From an uncultured Trueperaceae bacterium (GTDB lineage Bacteria; Deinococcota; Deinococci; Deinococcales; Trueperaceae): DNA of 64,000 nucleotides. Under the pieces are notes generated by a model. It did not search any database. It had not been told where the DNA came from and was given only the letters and a program-made list of their open reading frames with translations. The stretch lies in contig CAWFFU010000011.1 in NCBI GenBank assembly GCA_963815215.1, positions 416,001 through 480,000 of the forward strand, in the 5' to 3' direction. Shown here in pieces: positions 29,849 to 39,191 of this stretch (position 1 is its first letter; every line of letters begins with the position of its first letter). The translations under genes were made by a program, and so were the position numbers.

Positions 29849-29894
29849 GCTGTCCAAACGAGCGGGATCTCATCGAGGCCAGGCAGGGACCCCG

Positions 29895-30626
29895 ATGAAG
29901 CGCCTTGACCGGACGTCTTCGATGCCCCTACATGCGCAGCTCGAGCGGATCCTGCGGGAGGACATCGTGAGCGGTAGCTATGGCGCCGGCTCGCTGTTCC
30001 CCACCGAACGGGAGATCGCCGAGACCTACCACGTCAGCCGAACCACCATCCGTTCGGCCATGGAGGAGCTGGTCCGCCTCGGCTTCCTCACCCGCCAGCA
30101 AGGCAAGGGGACCTTCGTCACGCGCTCACGGAAGGCCTTCGACGCGACGCGGTTGTCGAGCTTCACCGAGGACATGGAGAAGGAAGGGCGCGTCGCCGCC
30201 GCACGGGTGCTCGCGTTCCGGCGCGAGCCGCCGCCGGCCGCCGCACAGGATCACTTCGGGACAAACGTCGACAGGGTCTGGAAGATCCGGCGGCTGCGGA
30301 CGGCGGACGGTGAGCCGGTCGCCATCCAGACCTCCCACATCCGAGCCGACCGTTACCAGCTGGCCGCCGGCGAGCTCGACAACGCCTCGTTGTACGAGCT
30401 ACTGAACGACAAGTACGGCGTCGTCACCACGTCCGCTGACGAGGTCATCACGGCACAGGTGGCCAATCGTCGCGACGCCGGCCACTTGCAGATCCGCCCC
30501 GGCGAGCCGCTGTTGTGCGTTGACCGCTTCGCCTTCACGCAGCACGGTGAGCCGCTCGAGTTCGTCCAGATCCAATACCGTGCCGACCGCTACCGGTTCT
30601 TCGTCCATCAACACCGAGGAGGTTGA
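29895..30626 (+). CDS. GntR family regulator, HutC/UTRA subfamily
   Basis: PTEREIAETYHVSRTTIR, QGKGTFV, UTRA C-terminus YRADRY. Confidence 0.93.
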   Translation: MKRLDRTSSMPLHAQLERILREDIVSGSYGAGSLFPTEREIAETYHVSRTTIRSAMEELVRLGFLTRQQGKGTFVTRSRKAFDATRLSSFTEDMEKEGRVAAARVLAFRREPPPAAAQDHFGTNVDRVWKIRRLRTADGEPVAIQTSHIRADRYQLAAGELDNASLYELLNDKYGVVTTSADEVITAQVANRRDAGHLQIRPGEPLLCVDRFAFTQHGEPLEFVQIQYRADRYRFFVHQHRGG

Positions 30627-30629
30627 CGT

Positions 30630-31391
30630 ATGTCGGTCGACAACGCCGTACGGGTCCTGCTGGCAGGCGAGAGTTGGACCAGCCACACCACCCACGTCAA
30701 GGGCTTCGACAGTTTCACGACGAGCGAGTACGCGGAGGGCGGCGCTCAGCTTATCGAGGCCCTCGAGCGCGCCGGGATGCAGGTCACCTACCTGCCGAAC
30801 CATGTGGCGGCCCGCGACTTCCCCACCACCGTCGAGGCGCTACAGCACTACGACGTGATCCTGCTCAGCGACATCGGTAGCAACACGCTCCTGCTCCACC
30901 CGGAGACGTTCACGCGTTCGCGGTCCCTGCCAGACCGAACCCGCCTGCTTCGTGATTTCGTGGTCGCAGGCGGCGGGTTGGCCATGATCGGCGGCTATCT
31001 CTCCTTCTCCGGCATCGACGGCAAAGCCCGATACCAGCGAACCGCGCTGGCCGACATCCTGCCGGTCACGATGGTGGAAGGCGACGACAGGGTCGAGTGT
31101 CCTCAAGGAGCGACGCCGGCCATCCTCGAAGGCAGTCACCGCGTGCTGGCCGGCATCGATGGCCCCTGGCCCCGGTTCCTGGGCTACAACCAGCTCCGCC
31201 CCGGGAAACGCGGAACGCGCCTGGCCAGCGTGGGCGACGACGTCTTCCTGGCCGTGGCCGAGATCGAGCGGGGACGCACGGCGGCCTTCGCCTCGGACTG
31301 CGGACCCCACTGGGGTCCGCCCGAGTTCGTGCAGTGGCAACACTACGGCAGGCTCTGGGTGAACCTCGTGTCCTGGCTGGCCCGCCGTTGA
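30630..31391 (+). CDS. Class I glutamine amidotransferase-like protein (DUF1355 type)
   Basis: LLAGESW, HVKGFD, ILLSDIGSNT, GGLAMIGGYLSF, SDCGPHW. Confidence 0.82.
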   Translation: MSVDNAVRVLLAGESWTSHTTHVKGFDSFTTSEYAEGGAQLIEALERAGMQVTYLPNHVAARDFPTTVEALQHYDVILLSDIGSNTLLLHPETFTRSRSLPDRTRLLRDFVVAGGGLAMIGGYLSFSGIDGKARYQRTALADILPVTMVEGDDRVECPQGATPAILEGSHRVLAGIDGPWPRFLGYNQLRPGKRGTRLASVGDDVFLAVAEIERGRTAAFASDCGPHWGPPEFVQWQHYGRLWVNLVSWLARR

Positions 31392-31478
31392 TCGAAGGGT
31401 GGTGGTGATCGAGTCGAGTCTCTCCCCTACGAGCATGTGAAGGCCGAAACCCCCTCATTCAGCACCTTAGGAGGAAGC

Positions 31479-32416
31479 ATGAGGAGATTCATCCAGTTCG
31501 CGGTCGCTGTAGCGCTGCTCGCCGGCGCGCTCGCACCCGCGGTCTTCGCGCAATCCCAGAAGAAGGTCGGTCTGGTGACCATCAACCTCCAGGCCCTGTT
31601 CTTCAACCAGATCAACGACGGGGCCAAGAAGGCGGCAGGTGAGAGCAACGTCGCCCTCACCATCGTCGACGGCAACAACGACCCGGCCCGACAGGTCCAG
31701 GCCATCGAGGACTTCATCACCCAGAAGATGGACGCGATCATCGTCGTCGCCATCGACGTCGAAGGCATCAAACCCGCGGTCCAGGATGCGCGTGACGCCG
31801 GGATACCGGTCGTTGCCATCGACGCCAAGGTCGCCGTTCCCCCGGCCAACGGCTTCATCGGGGTCGACAACTACGGTGCCGGCGTCGAGGCCGGCGCCTA
31901 CACGCTTGGCTACATCCAGGGTTCGCTCGACGGAAAGGCGAACATCGGCATCGTCGGCGCCCTCAACTCGTTCATCCAGAACCAGCGCAAGGACGGCTTC
32001 ACCGAGACCGTGAAGGCCAACCCGAACATCAAGGTGGTCGGTGTCGTCGACGGCCAGAATGTACAGGAGGTGGCTCTCTCGGCGGCCGAGAACCTCGTGA
32101 CGGCTAACCCCGACATGAACATCATCTACGCTACCGGCGAGCCGGCCCTGATCGGCGTGATCGCGGCGGTCCAGTCGCAGGGCGTTCAGGATCGGTCCGC
32201 GTCATCGGATGGGACCTCACCAAGCAGGCCATCCAGGCCATCGACAGCGGCTACGTCACCGCAGTCGTGCAACAGAACCCCTACGAGGAGGGGTACCAGG
32301 CGGTCCTCGCCGGCCTCAAACTCTCCAACGGCCAGGCCGTCCCTGAAGAAACCCTCATCCCCATCACGATCGTCACCAAGTACAACGTGGACCAGTTCAG
32401 GAGTCTGTTCCAGTAG
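31479..32416 (+). CDS. Sugar ABC substrate-binding protein, 1-nt frameshift at ~32194 (likely artefact)
   Basis: Signal peptide and RbsB-like body; restoring one G (CGG GTC CGC) gives RVRVIGWDL...QQNPYEEG...SLFQ*. Confidence 0.85.
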
Positions 32417-32425
32417 GGAACGGAT

Positions 32426-32456
32426 GCGCTGTGGGGGGTCGGACCCCCCACAGCGC
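32426..32456. terminator. Stem-loop after the binding-protein gene
   Basis: Perfect 15-bp arms GCGCTGTGGGGGGTC / GACCCCCCACAGCGC. Confidence 0.65.
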
Positions 32457-32463
32457 CCCGACC

Positions 32464-33204
32464 ATGGCAGAGACCCCCATCCTCGAACTGCGCGACATCG
32501 CCAAGAGCTTCGGGCCGATCACCGCTCTCAGAGGCGTCAGCCTCACCCTCCAGGCCGGGGAGGTCCTCGGCCTCGTGGGGGACAACGGCGCGGGCAAGTC
32601 CACGCTCATGAAGGTGATCTCCGGCGCCTACATCCCAGACCGTGGCGAGTACCTGCTGGACGGGAAGCCGGTCCACTTCCGCTCGCCCAGGGACGCCCGC
32701 AGAGAACGGGTCGAGATGGTCTACCAGGACCTGTCTCTGTGCGACACCATCGACGTCGCGAAGAACATCTTCCTGGGGCGCGAACCCGTCCGCTATCTCG
32801 CCGGCCTCCCCTTCATCGACGACCGGAAGCTCCACCATGAGGCCCGGAAGATCCTCGATCGACTGCATATCAAGGTCGCGTCCACCCGCATCACCGTCAA
32901 GAACCTCTCCGGCGGTCAACGCCAGGCCATCGCCATCGGCCGAGCCGTATCCTTCGCCCCGAAGGTCCTGATCCTCGACGAACCCACGGCAGCCCTTGCC
33001 GTCAAGGAAGTCGGAGAGGTCCTGGAGCTCATCGACCGGCTCCGCCAACAGGGCGTGGGCGTGATCCTCATCAGCCACCGGTTGCAGGACGTGATGCAGG
33101 TGAGCGACCGAATCATGTTCATGTACGAAGGCAAGAAGGTGGCGGAGCGCGCCACGCACGAGACCGATCTGGAAGAGGTCATCCGACTCATCGTGCAGGC
33201 CTGA
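32464..33204 (+). CDS. Sugar ABC ATPase (single NBD)
   Basis: GDNGAGKS, LSGGQRQ, ILDEPT, ISH. Confidence 0.93.
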   Translation: MAETPILELRDIAKSFGPITALRGVSLTLQAGEVLGLVGDNGAGKSTLMKVISGAYIPDRGEYLLDGKPVHFRSPRDARRERVEMVYQDLSLCDTIDVAKNIFLGREPVRYLAGLPFIDDRKLHHEARKILDRLHIKVASTRITVKNLSGGQRQAIAIGRAVSFAPKVLILDEPTAALAVKEVGEVLELIDRLRQQGVGVILISHRLQDVMQVSDRIMFMYEGKKVAERATHETDLEEVIRLIVQA

Positions 33205-33227
33205 CGCCGCGCCGAGAGCGAGCTCCC

Positions 33228-34217
33228 ATGAACGACACCCCCACCCGCGCTACGGCTCCACGGCGAACCGAGTTCAGCGACCCGAACATCATCTTCCAAC
33301 GCACGCTCGCCGTGATCTTCATCGCCGCGTTCGTGCTCCTGTCGGTCCTCGCCAACAACTTCTTCACCGTCAACAACCTTCTCAACATCGTGCGACAGGC
33401 AGCACCGACGCTGATCGTCGCCGTAGGCATGACGCTCGTCATCACGACCGGCGGCATCGACCTGTCCGTGGGGTCCGGGCTCGCGGTCATCGCCGTGCTA
33501 TCGGCGATCCTGCTCGCCGCTGGGTGGCCCGTGTGGCTGACCGTCATCACCATGCTCGCCATCGGCAGTCTCATCGGCCTTCTCAACGGGTACTTCACCT
33601 CCTACCAACGGATCCCTGCCTTCATCGTGACGTTGGCCACCCTGTCCATGTTGCGGGGTCTGGCTCAGCTCCTCACCAAGGGCTACTCGATCCCCGTTGA
33701 CCCATCGAGCGCATTCCTCGTCATCGGCCGCGGCCGCATCGGGATCGTACCGGTGCCCGCCATCATCGCCGTGGGCGTGGTCGTCATCGGCTTCATCGTG
33801 CTCAACAACACGCGCTTCGGGCTCTACGTTACGGGTATCGGCAGCAACGAGGAGGGGGTTCGCCGATCGGGCATCAACGTGCGCCTCATCAAGGCCTCGG
33901 TCTACATCTTGAGCGGTCTCGTCGTCGGCCTCGGCGGGATGGTGACGGCGGCCCGCCTCGCCTCCGGATCTTCGTACACCGGCGTCGCGTTCGAACTCCA
34001 GGTGATCGCCGCCGTCATCGTGGGCGGCACCAACCTCTTCGGCGGAGAGGGGCGAATGCTGGGTACCGTCATGGGGACGCTCCTGCTCGCCATGATCACC
34101 AATGGACTCATCCTCATGCACATCTCCCCCTTCTACGAGCAGATCATCGAAGGGGCCATCATCCTCACCGCAATCTGGTTCAACCTCACCATCGGGAGAC
34201 GCGGTCGCTCCGGCTAG
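33228..34217 (+). CDS. Sugar ABC permease (RbsC-like)
   Basis: GGIDLSVGS, IPAFIVTL, ELQVIAAVIVGGT. Confidence 0.93.
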   Translation: MNDTPTRATAPRRTEFSDPNIIFQRTLAVIFIAAFVLLSVLANNFFTVNNLLNIVRQAAPTLIVAVGMTLVITTGGIDLSVGSGLAVIAVLSAILLAAGWPVWLTVITMLAIGSLIGLLNGYFTSYQRIPAFIVTLATLSMLRGLAQLLTKGYSIPVDPSSAFLVIGRGRIGIVPVPAIIAVGVVVIGFIVLNNTRFGLYVTGIGSNEEGVRRSGINVRLIKASVYILSGLVVGLGGMVTAARLASGSSYTGVAFELQVIAAVIVGGTNLFGGEGRMLGTVMGTLLLAMITNGLILMHISPFYEQIIEGAIILTAIWFNLTIGRRGRSG

Positions 34218-34230
34218 GAAGGCGACAGCC

Positions 34231-35309
34231 ATGTCAACGGCATCGATCCAGACCGTCCTCGGCCGGATACCGGTGGAGGCCATGGGCATCACCCTTGCAC
34301 ACGAGCACCTGCTGCTCGATGCCCGTCCCTCCTGGCATCGACCGCGCGAAGCATCGCGCCTGCACCTGGCGTCCGGGCCCGTCGAGCCGTCGATCCTCCA
34401 CGAGTTACGCAACGATCCCTTCGTCAACCTCGACAACTGCGGCCTGTTCCGCGAGGACCACGCCACCGAGGAGGCCGGCCAGTTCGCGGCGCTGGGCGGC
34501 GGCACCATCGTCGATGCCACCTGCCGGGGCATCGGCCGAGATCCGCGAGCGTTGCAGCGCATCGCCCGTGCGACCGGGCTCCACATCGTCATGGGAACCG
34601 GCTACTACCTCGAGCGCACCCACCCCCCGGAGGTTCGCGGGCTCGAGCTGGACGACCTAACCGACGTCCTCGTTCGCGACCTCGAGACCGGCGACCCCGC
34701 GACCGGCGTGCGTTCCGGGTTCATCGGCGAGATCGGCATCAGCGAGACGTTCACGGCTGCCGAGCGGAAGGTCCTGCGGGCGGCGGCCCGCGCCCAACGA
34801 GCCACCGGCGTTGCGCTCGCGTCCACCTGCCCGGTTGGCACCGCCTGGGGCACGCCGTCCTCGACGTCATCGAGGAGGAGGGCGCCGACCCCAGCCGCAC
34901 CATCCTCGACCACATGAACCCCAGCCATGCCGACAGCGACTACCAGCACGCCCTCGCGGACCGCGGGGCCTATCTCGAGTACGACATGATCGGCATGGAC
35001 TACTACTTCGCCGACCAGGAGGCGCAATCACCCTCCGATGCCGCGAACGCCGCCGCCATCGCTCGCCTCGTGACCGCGGGCTACGGCCCGCGCCTGCTCC
35101 TCTCCCACGACGTGTTCTTGAAGATGATGCTCACGCGCCACGGGGGCAACGGCTACGCGTACCTCTTGCGGCACTTCGTGCCGCGGCTGGAGCGCGAAGG
35201 GCTCTCGCACGAGGCCATTCGCGCCATGCTCGTCGACAACCCCGCCCACGCGTTCGGCACGCCGCAATCGAAAACGCCCGGATCGACCCTACCTTCGAGG
35301 AGACCATGA
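34231..35309 (+). CDS. Phosphotriesterase-family protein 1, 1-nt frameshift at ~34821 (likely artefact)
   Basis: TLAHEHL, GTGYY, IGEIG; restoring one G (GCG GTC CAC) gives AVHLPGW...LDHMNP...LLSHDVF. Confidence 0.85.
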
Positions 35310-36349
35310 TGTACGCCATGACCGTCCTGGGTCCGATGCCGGCGGATCGGCTCGGCACCACCCTCATCCATGAGCACGTGCTCTTCGACTTCAGCGACTA
35401 CTGGCAACCACCGACCACGGCCACCGACCTGGCACTCGCCGAGCGACCGCTCGCGATCGACGTCCTCGGGCGCGTCCGCTACGCCCCCTTCCTGCTTCGC
35501 GACAACCTCGTCCACGGTGACGAGGAGCTCGCGGTCGACGAGCTCCTCGCCGTCGCCGCCAGGGGTGGCTCCACCATCGTGGACCCGACGAACGCTTCGC
35601 TCGGCCGCGACCCGCAGGCGCTTCAACGCATCGCCCGACGGACCGGCCTCCACATCGTGATGGGAGCCGGGTACTACACCGACATCTCCCTGGACGAATC
35701 GTTCGCACGCCGCAGTGTCGAGGACATCGCCGCCGAGATCGAACGCGACGTCACGGTGGGCGTGGGTGATACCGGTGTACGTGCCGGAATCATCGGAGAG
35801 ATCGGTACCGGCGCACCCATCACCCCCGCCGAAGAACGTTCGCTTCGCGGCTCGGCACGCGCACAGGGGACCACGGGCGCGCCGCTGATGGTGCATCTGG
35901 ACGGCTGGGCCCGCGAGGGCCACCACGTCCTCGACCTCATCGCCGAGGAGGGCGGCCAGGTACAGCGCACCATCCTCTGCCACATGAACCCCTCCTGGAA
36001 CGATCCCACCTACCAAGCGGAGCTCGCGTCACGCGGCGCCTACATCGAGTACGACATGATGGGCATGACGTACTTCTATCGGCCCGCCAAGTACGCGCCC
36101 GACGATCCGAGCGCCCTCGCCGGCATCGGTTCGCTGATCGCCGCCGGCCACCGCGAGCGCGTGCTCATGAGCCACGACGTCTTCCTGAAGTCGATGCTGC
36201 GAACGTACGGCGGTCTGGGTTACACCCACATCTTCGACAACCTGGGGCCGCTGTTCGAGCACCACGGCATCGACGCTGCCGACCTCGACGGCATCCTCGT
36301 GCGGAATCCCGCCGGAGTTCTGGCGTACCTGCAGGGAGACGCACCGTGA
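35306..36349 (+). CDS. Phosphotriesterase-family protein 2
   Basis: TLIHEHV, GAGYY, IGEIG, MVHL, LCHMNP, MSHDVF; GAGGAG SD. Confidence 0.9.
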   Translation: MMYAMTVLGPMPADRLGTTLIHEHVLFDFSDYWQPPTTATDLALAERPLAIDVLGRVRYAPFLLRDNLVHGDEELAVDELLAVAARGGSTIVDPTNASLGRDPQALQRIARRTGLHIVMGAGYYTDISLDESFARRSVEDIAAEIERDVTVGVGDTGVRAGIIGEIGTGAPITPAEERSLRGSARAQGTTGAPLMVHLDGWAREGHHVLDLIAEEGGQVQRTILCHMNPSWNDPTYQAELASRGAYIEYDMMGMTYFYRPAKYAPDDPSALAGIGSLIAAGHRERVLMSHDVFLKSMLRTYGGLGYTHIFDNLGPLFEHHGIDAADLDGILVRNPAGVLAYLQGDAP

Positions 36350-37191
36350 ACGATCCATCCGTCTACAGGCCCAAGCGAAACGCCCTCGCGGAGATCTTCG
36401 GCCGAAGCAGGAACGTCGTGATCGGGGTACTCCATTGCCCACCGTTACCCGGCTCTCCGGGCTACGAGGGCGAGAACATCCAGGACCTCATCGAACGCAC
36501 GACCGAGGAAGCGACGCGCTACCAGCGCGGCGGCGTGCACGGCATCATCGTGGAGAACCACGGCGACATCCCCTTCGCCAAACCGGAAGACCTGGGCCAC
36601 GAAACGACCGCCTCGATGGCGGTGATCGCCGACCACATCCGCCGCCACACGACCATCCCGATCGGCGTCAATATCCTCGCGAACGGCGCCCGCCCGGCCA
36701 TCGCCGCCGCCAAGGCCGCGGGCGCCACCTTCGTTCGCGTCAACCAGTGGGCCAATGCCTACGTCGCCAACGAAGGCATCATCGAAGGCGAAGCTGCCCG
36801 CAGCACGCGTTACCGCGCCTGGCTCAGGGCGTCGGAGATCCGCGTCTTCGCCGACGTGCATGTGAAGCACGGCGCCCACGCCATCGTCGCCGACCGCAGC
36901 ATCGAGGAGATGGCACGTGATGCCGAGTTCTTCGACGCCGACGTCCTCATCGCCACCGGCCAACGCACCGGGAACGCCGCCTCGCTGGACGAAGCCCGCA
37001 CCATCCAAGCCGCCACACGACTCCCGACCCTCGTAGGCAGCGGCGTGACCGTCGACAACGTGGCCGACCTCCTCGGCATCGCCGACGGCGTCATCGTCGC
37101 CAGCTCACTCAAGGAGGAGGGCGTCTGGTGGACCCCGGTATCCGAAACAAGAGTGCGCGCCTTCATGGATACGGTCGGCGAACTGCCGTGA
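36346..37191 (+). CDS. BtpA/SgcQ family TIM-barrel protein
   Basis: PLPGSP, VENHGDIPF, GVNIL, ADVHVKH, IATGQRTG, VGSGVT. Confidence 0.9.
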   Translation: MNDPSVYRPKRNALAEIFGRSRNVVIGVLHCPPLPGSPGYEGENIQDLIERTTEEATRYQRGGVHGIIVENHGDIPFAKPEDLGHETTASMAVIADHIRRHTTIPIGVNILANGARPAIAAAKAAGATFVRVNQWANAYVANEGIIEGEAARSTRYRAWLRASEIRVFADVHVKHGAHAIVADRSIEEMARDAEFFDADVLIATGQRTGNAASLDEARTIQAATRLPTLVGSGVTVDNVADLLGIADGVIVASSLKEEGVWWTPVSETRVRAFMDTVGELP

Positions 37192-37264
37192 GCAACGGCG
37201 GCACCGACACGGCGCGCCGACCACCTCCGAGTGGCTCCACCGTTGGCGCGACGGACACCTCACC

Positions 37265-38191
37265 GTGAACGCACCCGCCCCGGACCAGGGAATCGGTCCC
37301 GTGCACCTGCCTCTCCTCATGCTCGGGTACGTCAACGTCGACCTCGTCGCGCGCGTGCCGCGGCTTCCCGTGGACGGCGACCGCGTGACGGCCACTGCCG
37401 TCGACACCCACTTCGGAGGCATGGCCGCGAATGCCGCCTGCGCGGCCGCCCAGGCTGGAACCCGTCCCATCTTCTTCGGCTCGTTCGGCACGGACGCCTT
37501 CGGCCCACTGGCCGCGGCGGACCTGGCTTCCCATGGCGTGGACGTCACGCACGCATCCCATACCGCTCCGTCCACGACGAAAGCCTTGATCCTCGTCACC
37601 CCGGCGGGTGAACGCGCCATCGTCAGCGAACCCACCAGTTACGACCCCGAGCCCCTGCGCACCTTCCTGGATGGCTATCGGAGCCAGCCGGGCCTCGTCT
37701 ACACGGACGGCTATCACGTCGGCTGGGCCCACCGTGAGCTCCGGTTGGCGCGCCGCCGAGGCTTCCGGATCTACTGCGACCTCGACGGCGCCCCCGACAC
37801 CTACGACCCTGCAGACCTGTGGCAGGCGCTAGAGGTCGTCGACATCGCGCAGCTCAGCGCCTCCCTGGTGGAGCGGCTGGGACCTGCCGCAGGTGCTGCG
37901 GACGCCATCGACCGGTTGGGCGCGGTCGTGCCCGTCGTGATCCGAACGGCCGGCTCCCGTGCCGTCGCCCTCATCCGCGACGGCAACCGGACGTCGCTGC
38001 CGGTGCGCGCCGTGGACGCCGTCGACGCCACCGGAGCCGGCGACACCCTAGCGGGCACGACGCTGGCGTGGCTCGCGCGCGGTGCGCCGCTCGACGATGC
38101 CGTCCTGAACGGCATGGAGGCAGCGCGGCACGCCGTCAGGTACGTTGGTGCGCGTACTCCCGCTTCCGCCCGGCACGACGCTCGCGACTGA
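37265..38191 (+). CDS. PfkB/ribokinase family carbohydrate kinase
   Basis: GYVNVD, GGMAANAA, VDATGAGD. Confidence 0.9.
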   Translation: MNAPAPDQGIGPVHLPLLMLGYVNVDLVARVPRLPVDGDRVTATAVDTHFGGMAANAACAAAQAGTRPIFFGSFGTDAFGPLAAADLASHGVDVTHASHTAPSTTKALILVTPAGERAIVSEPTSYDPEPLRTFLDGYRSQPGLVYTDGYHVGWAHRELRLARRRGFRIYCDLDGAPDTYDPADLWQALEVVDIAQLSASLVERLGPAAGAADAIDRLGAVVPVVIRTAGSRAVALIRDGNRTSLPVRAVDAVDATGAGDTLAGTTLAWLARGAPLDDAVLNGMEAARHAVRYVGARTPASARHDARD

Positions 38192-38216
38192 TCTCGGGAC
38201 GGATGCCGGCGAGCCC

Positions 38217-38270
38217 CACACCGTACGCAAACACGCGGCACACTCCGACCAAACACCGCCACTCGATACT
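38217..38270 (+). promoter_or_regulatory. Four 11-bp-phased CA(A/C)AC boxes plus a -10-like hexamer upstream of the response regulator
   Basis: CACAC 38217, CAAAC 38228, CACAC 38239, CAAAC 38250, GATACT 38265. Confidence 0.65.
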
Positions 38271-38480
38271 CCCCGTGGGAGGCGCCCCGGCAGCGGCGCC
38301 GCCATCGGAGTAGGAGCCTCGCATGCAGGGAACCGTCCAACCGATCGCAGCCGCGCCACGCGCATCCGCGGACCGGCACCGGTGCCGACGGTGGACCGGG
38401 GGGTCGCCGTGAGCCACGAGTCGTCACCGCCCGACCAAGACGGCCGGCGAGACGCCTGCCAGGCGCTATCGTTGACAGAG

Positions 38481-39191
38481 ATGGCGGCAGCGCCCGAGGT
38501 CCCCGCGGTTCAGCGCGTTCTCGTGGTCGAGGACGAGTTGACCCTCGCCCAGACGATCGAGATGTACCTGCGCCAGGAGGGCTACCGGACCGAGCGGGCG
38601 CGTGACGGCGTGCGCGCCTTGGAGCTGTTCCGTGCCGCCCGCCCCGACCTGGTGCTGCTCGACCTCGGCCTGCCAGTCCTCGACGGTACCGAGGTCCTGC
38701 GCGTCATCCGCCGCGAGTCGGACGTGCCCGTCGTCATCCTGACGGCACGTTCCGAGGAGGTGGACGAACTTCTGGGGCTCGGCCTGGGTGCCGACGACTA
38801 CCTCGTGAAACCGGTGAGCGCGCGCATGCTGATGGCCCATGTGAGGGCGGTCCTGCGACGATCCGGCAGCAGCGCCGGTACCGCGGAGCCCGAGGAGATC
38901 GCCGTGGGTCCGCTGACCGTCGACACCTACCGCATGCAGGTCCGCGTCGACGACCGGATCCTCGACCTCACTCCCACCGAGTTCCGCGTGCTCCACCATC
39001 TGGCGCGAACCCCCGCCCGCGCGACCTCGCGCACCGAACTCTACGAAGCAGCGCTGCCCGAAGGCGACGCGTTGGAGCGCGCCGTCGACATCCATATCAC
39101 CAACCTGCGACGCAAGCTCCGGCAGGCAGGGGCCGACGGCATGATCGAGACCGTGCGCGGCATCGGCTACGCCCTGGTCGAGCCAACGTGA
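38481..39191 (+). CDS. OmpR/BaeR family response regulator (alternative GTG start at 38409)
   Basis: VLVVEDE, LLDLGLP, GADDYLVKP, wHTH ending ETVRGIGY. Confidence 0.93.
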   Translation: MAAAPEVPAVQRVLVVEDELTLAQTIEMYLRQEGYRTERARDGVRALELFRAARPDLVLLDLGLPVLDGTEVLRVIRRESDVPVVILTARSEEVDELLGLGLGADDYLVKPVSARMLMAHVRAVLRRSGSSAGTAEPEEIAVGPLTVDTYRMQVRVDDRILDLTPTEFRVLHHLARTPARATSRTELYEAALPEGDALERAVDIHITNLRRKLRQAGADGMIETVRGIGYALVEPT

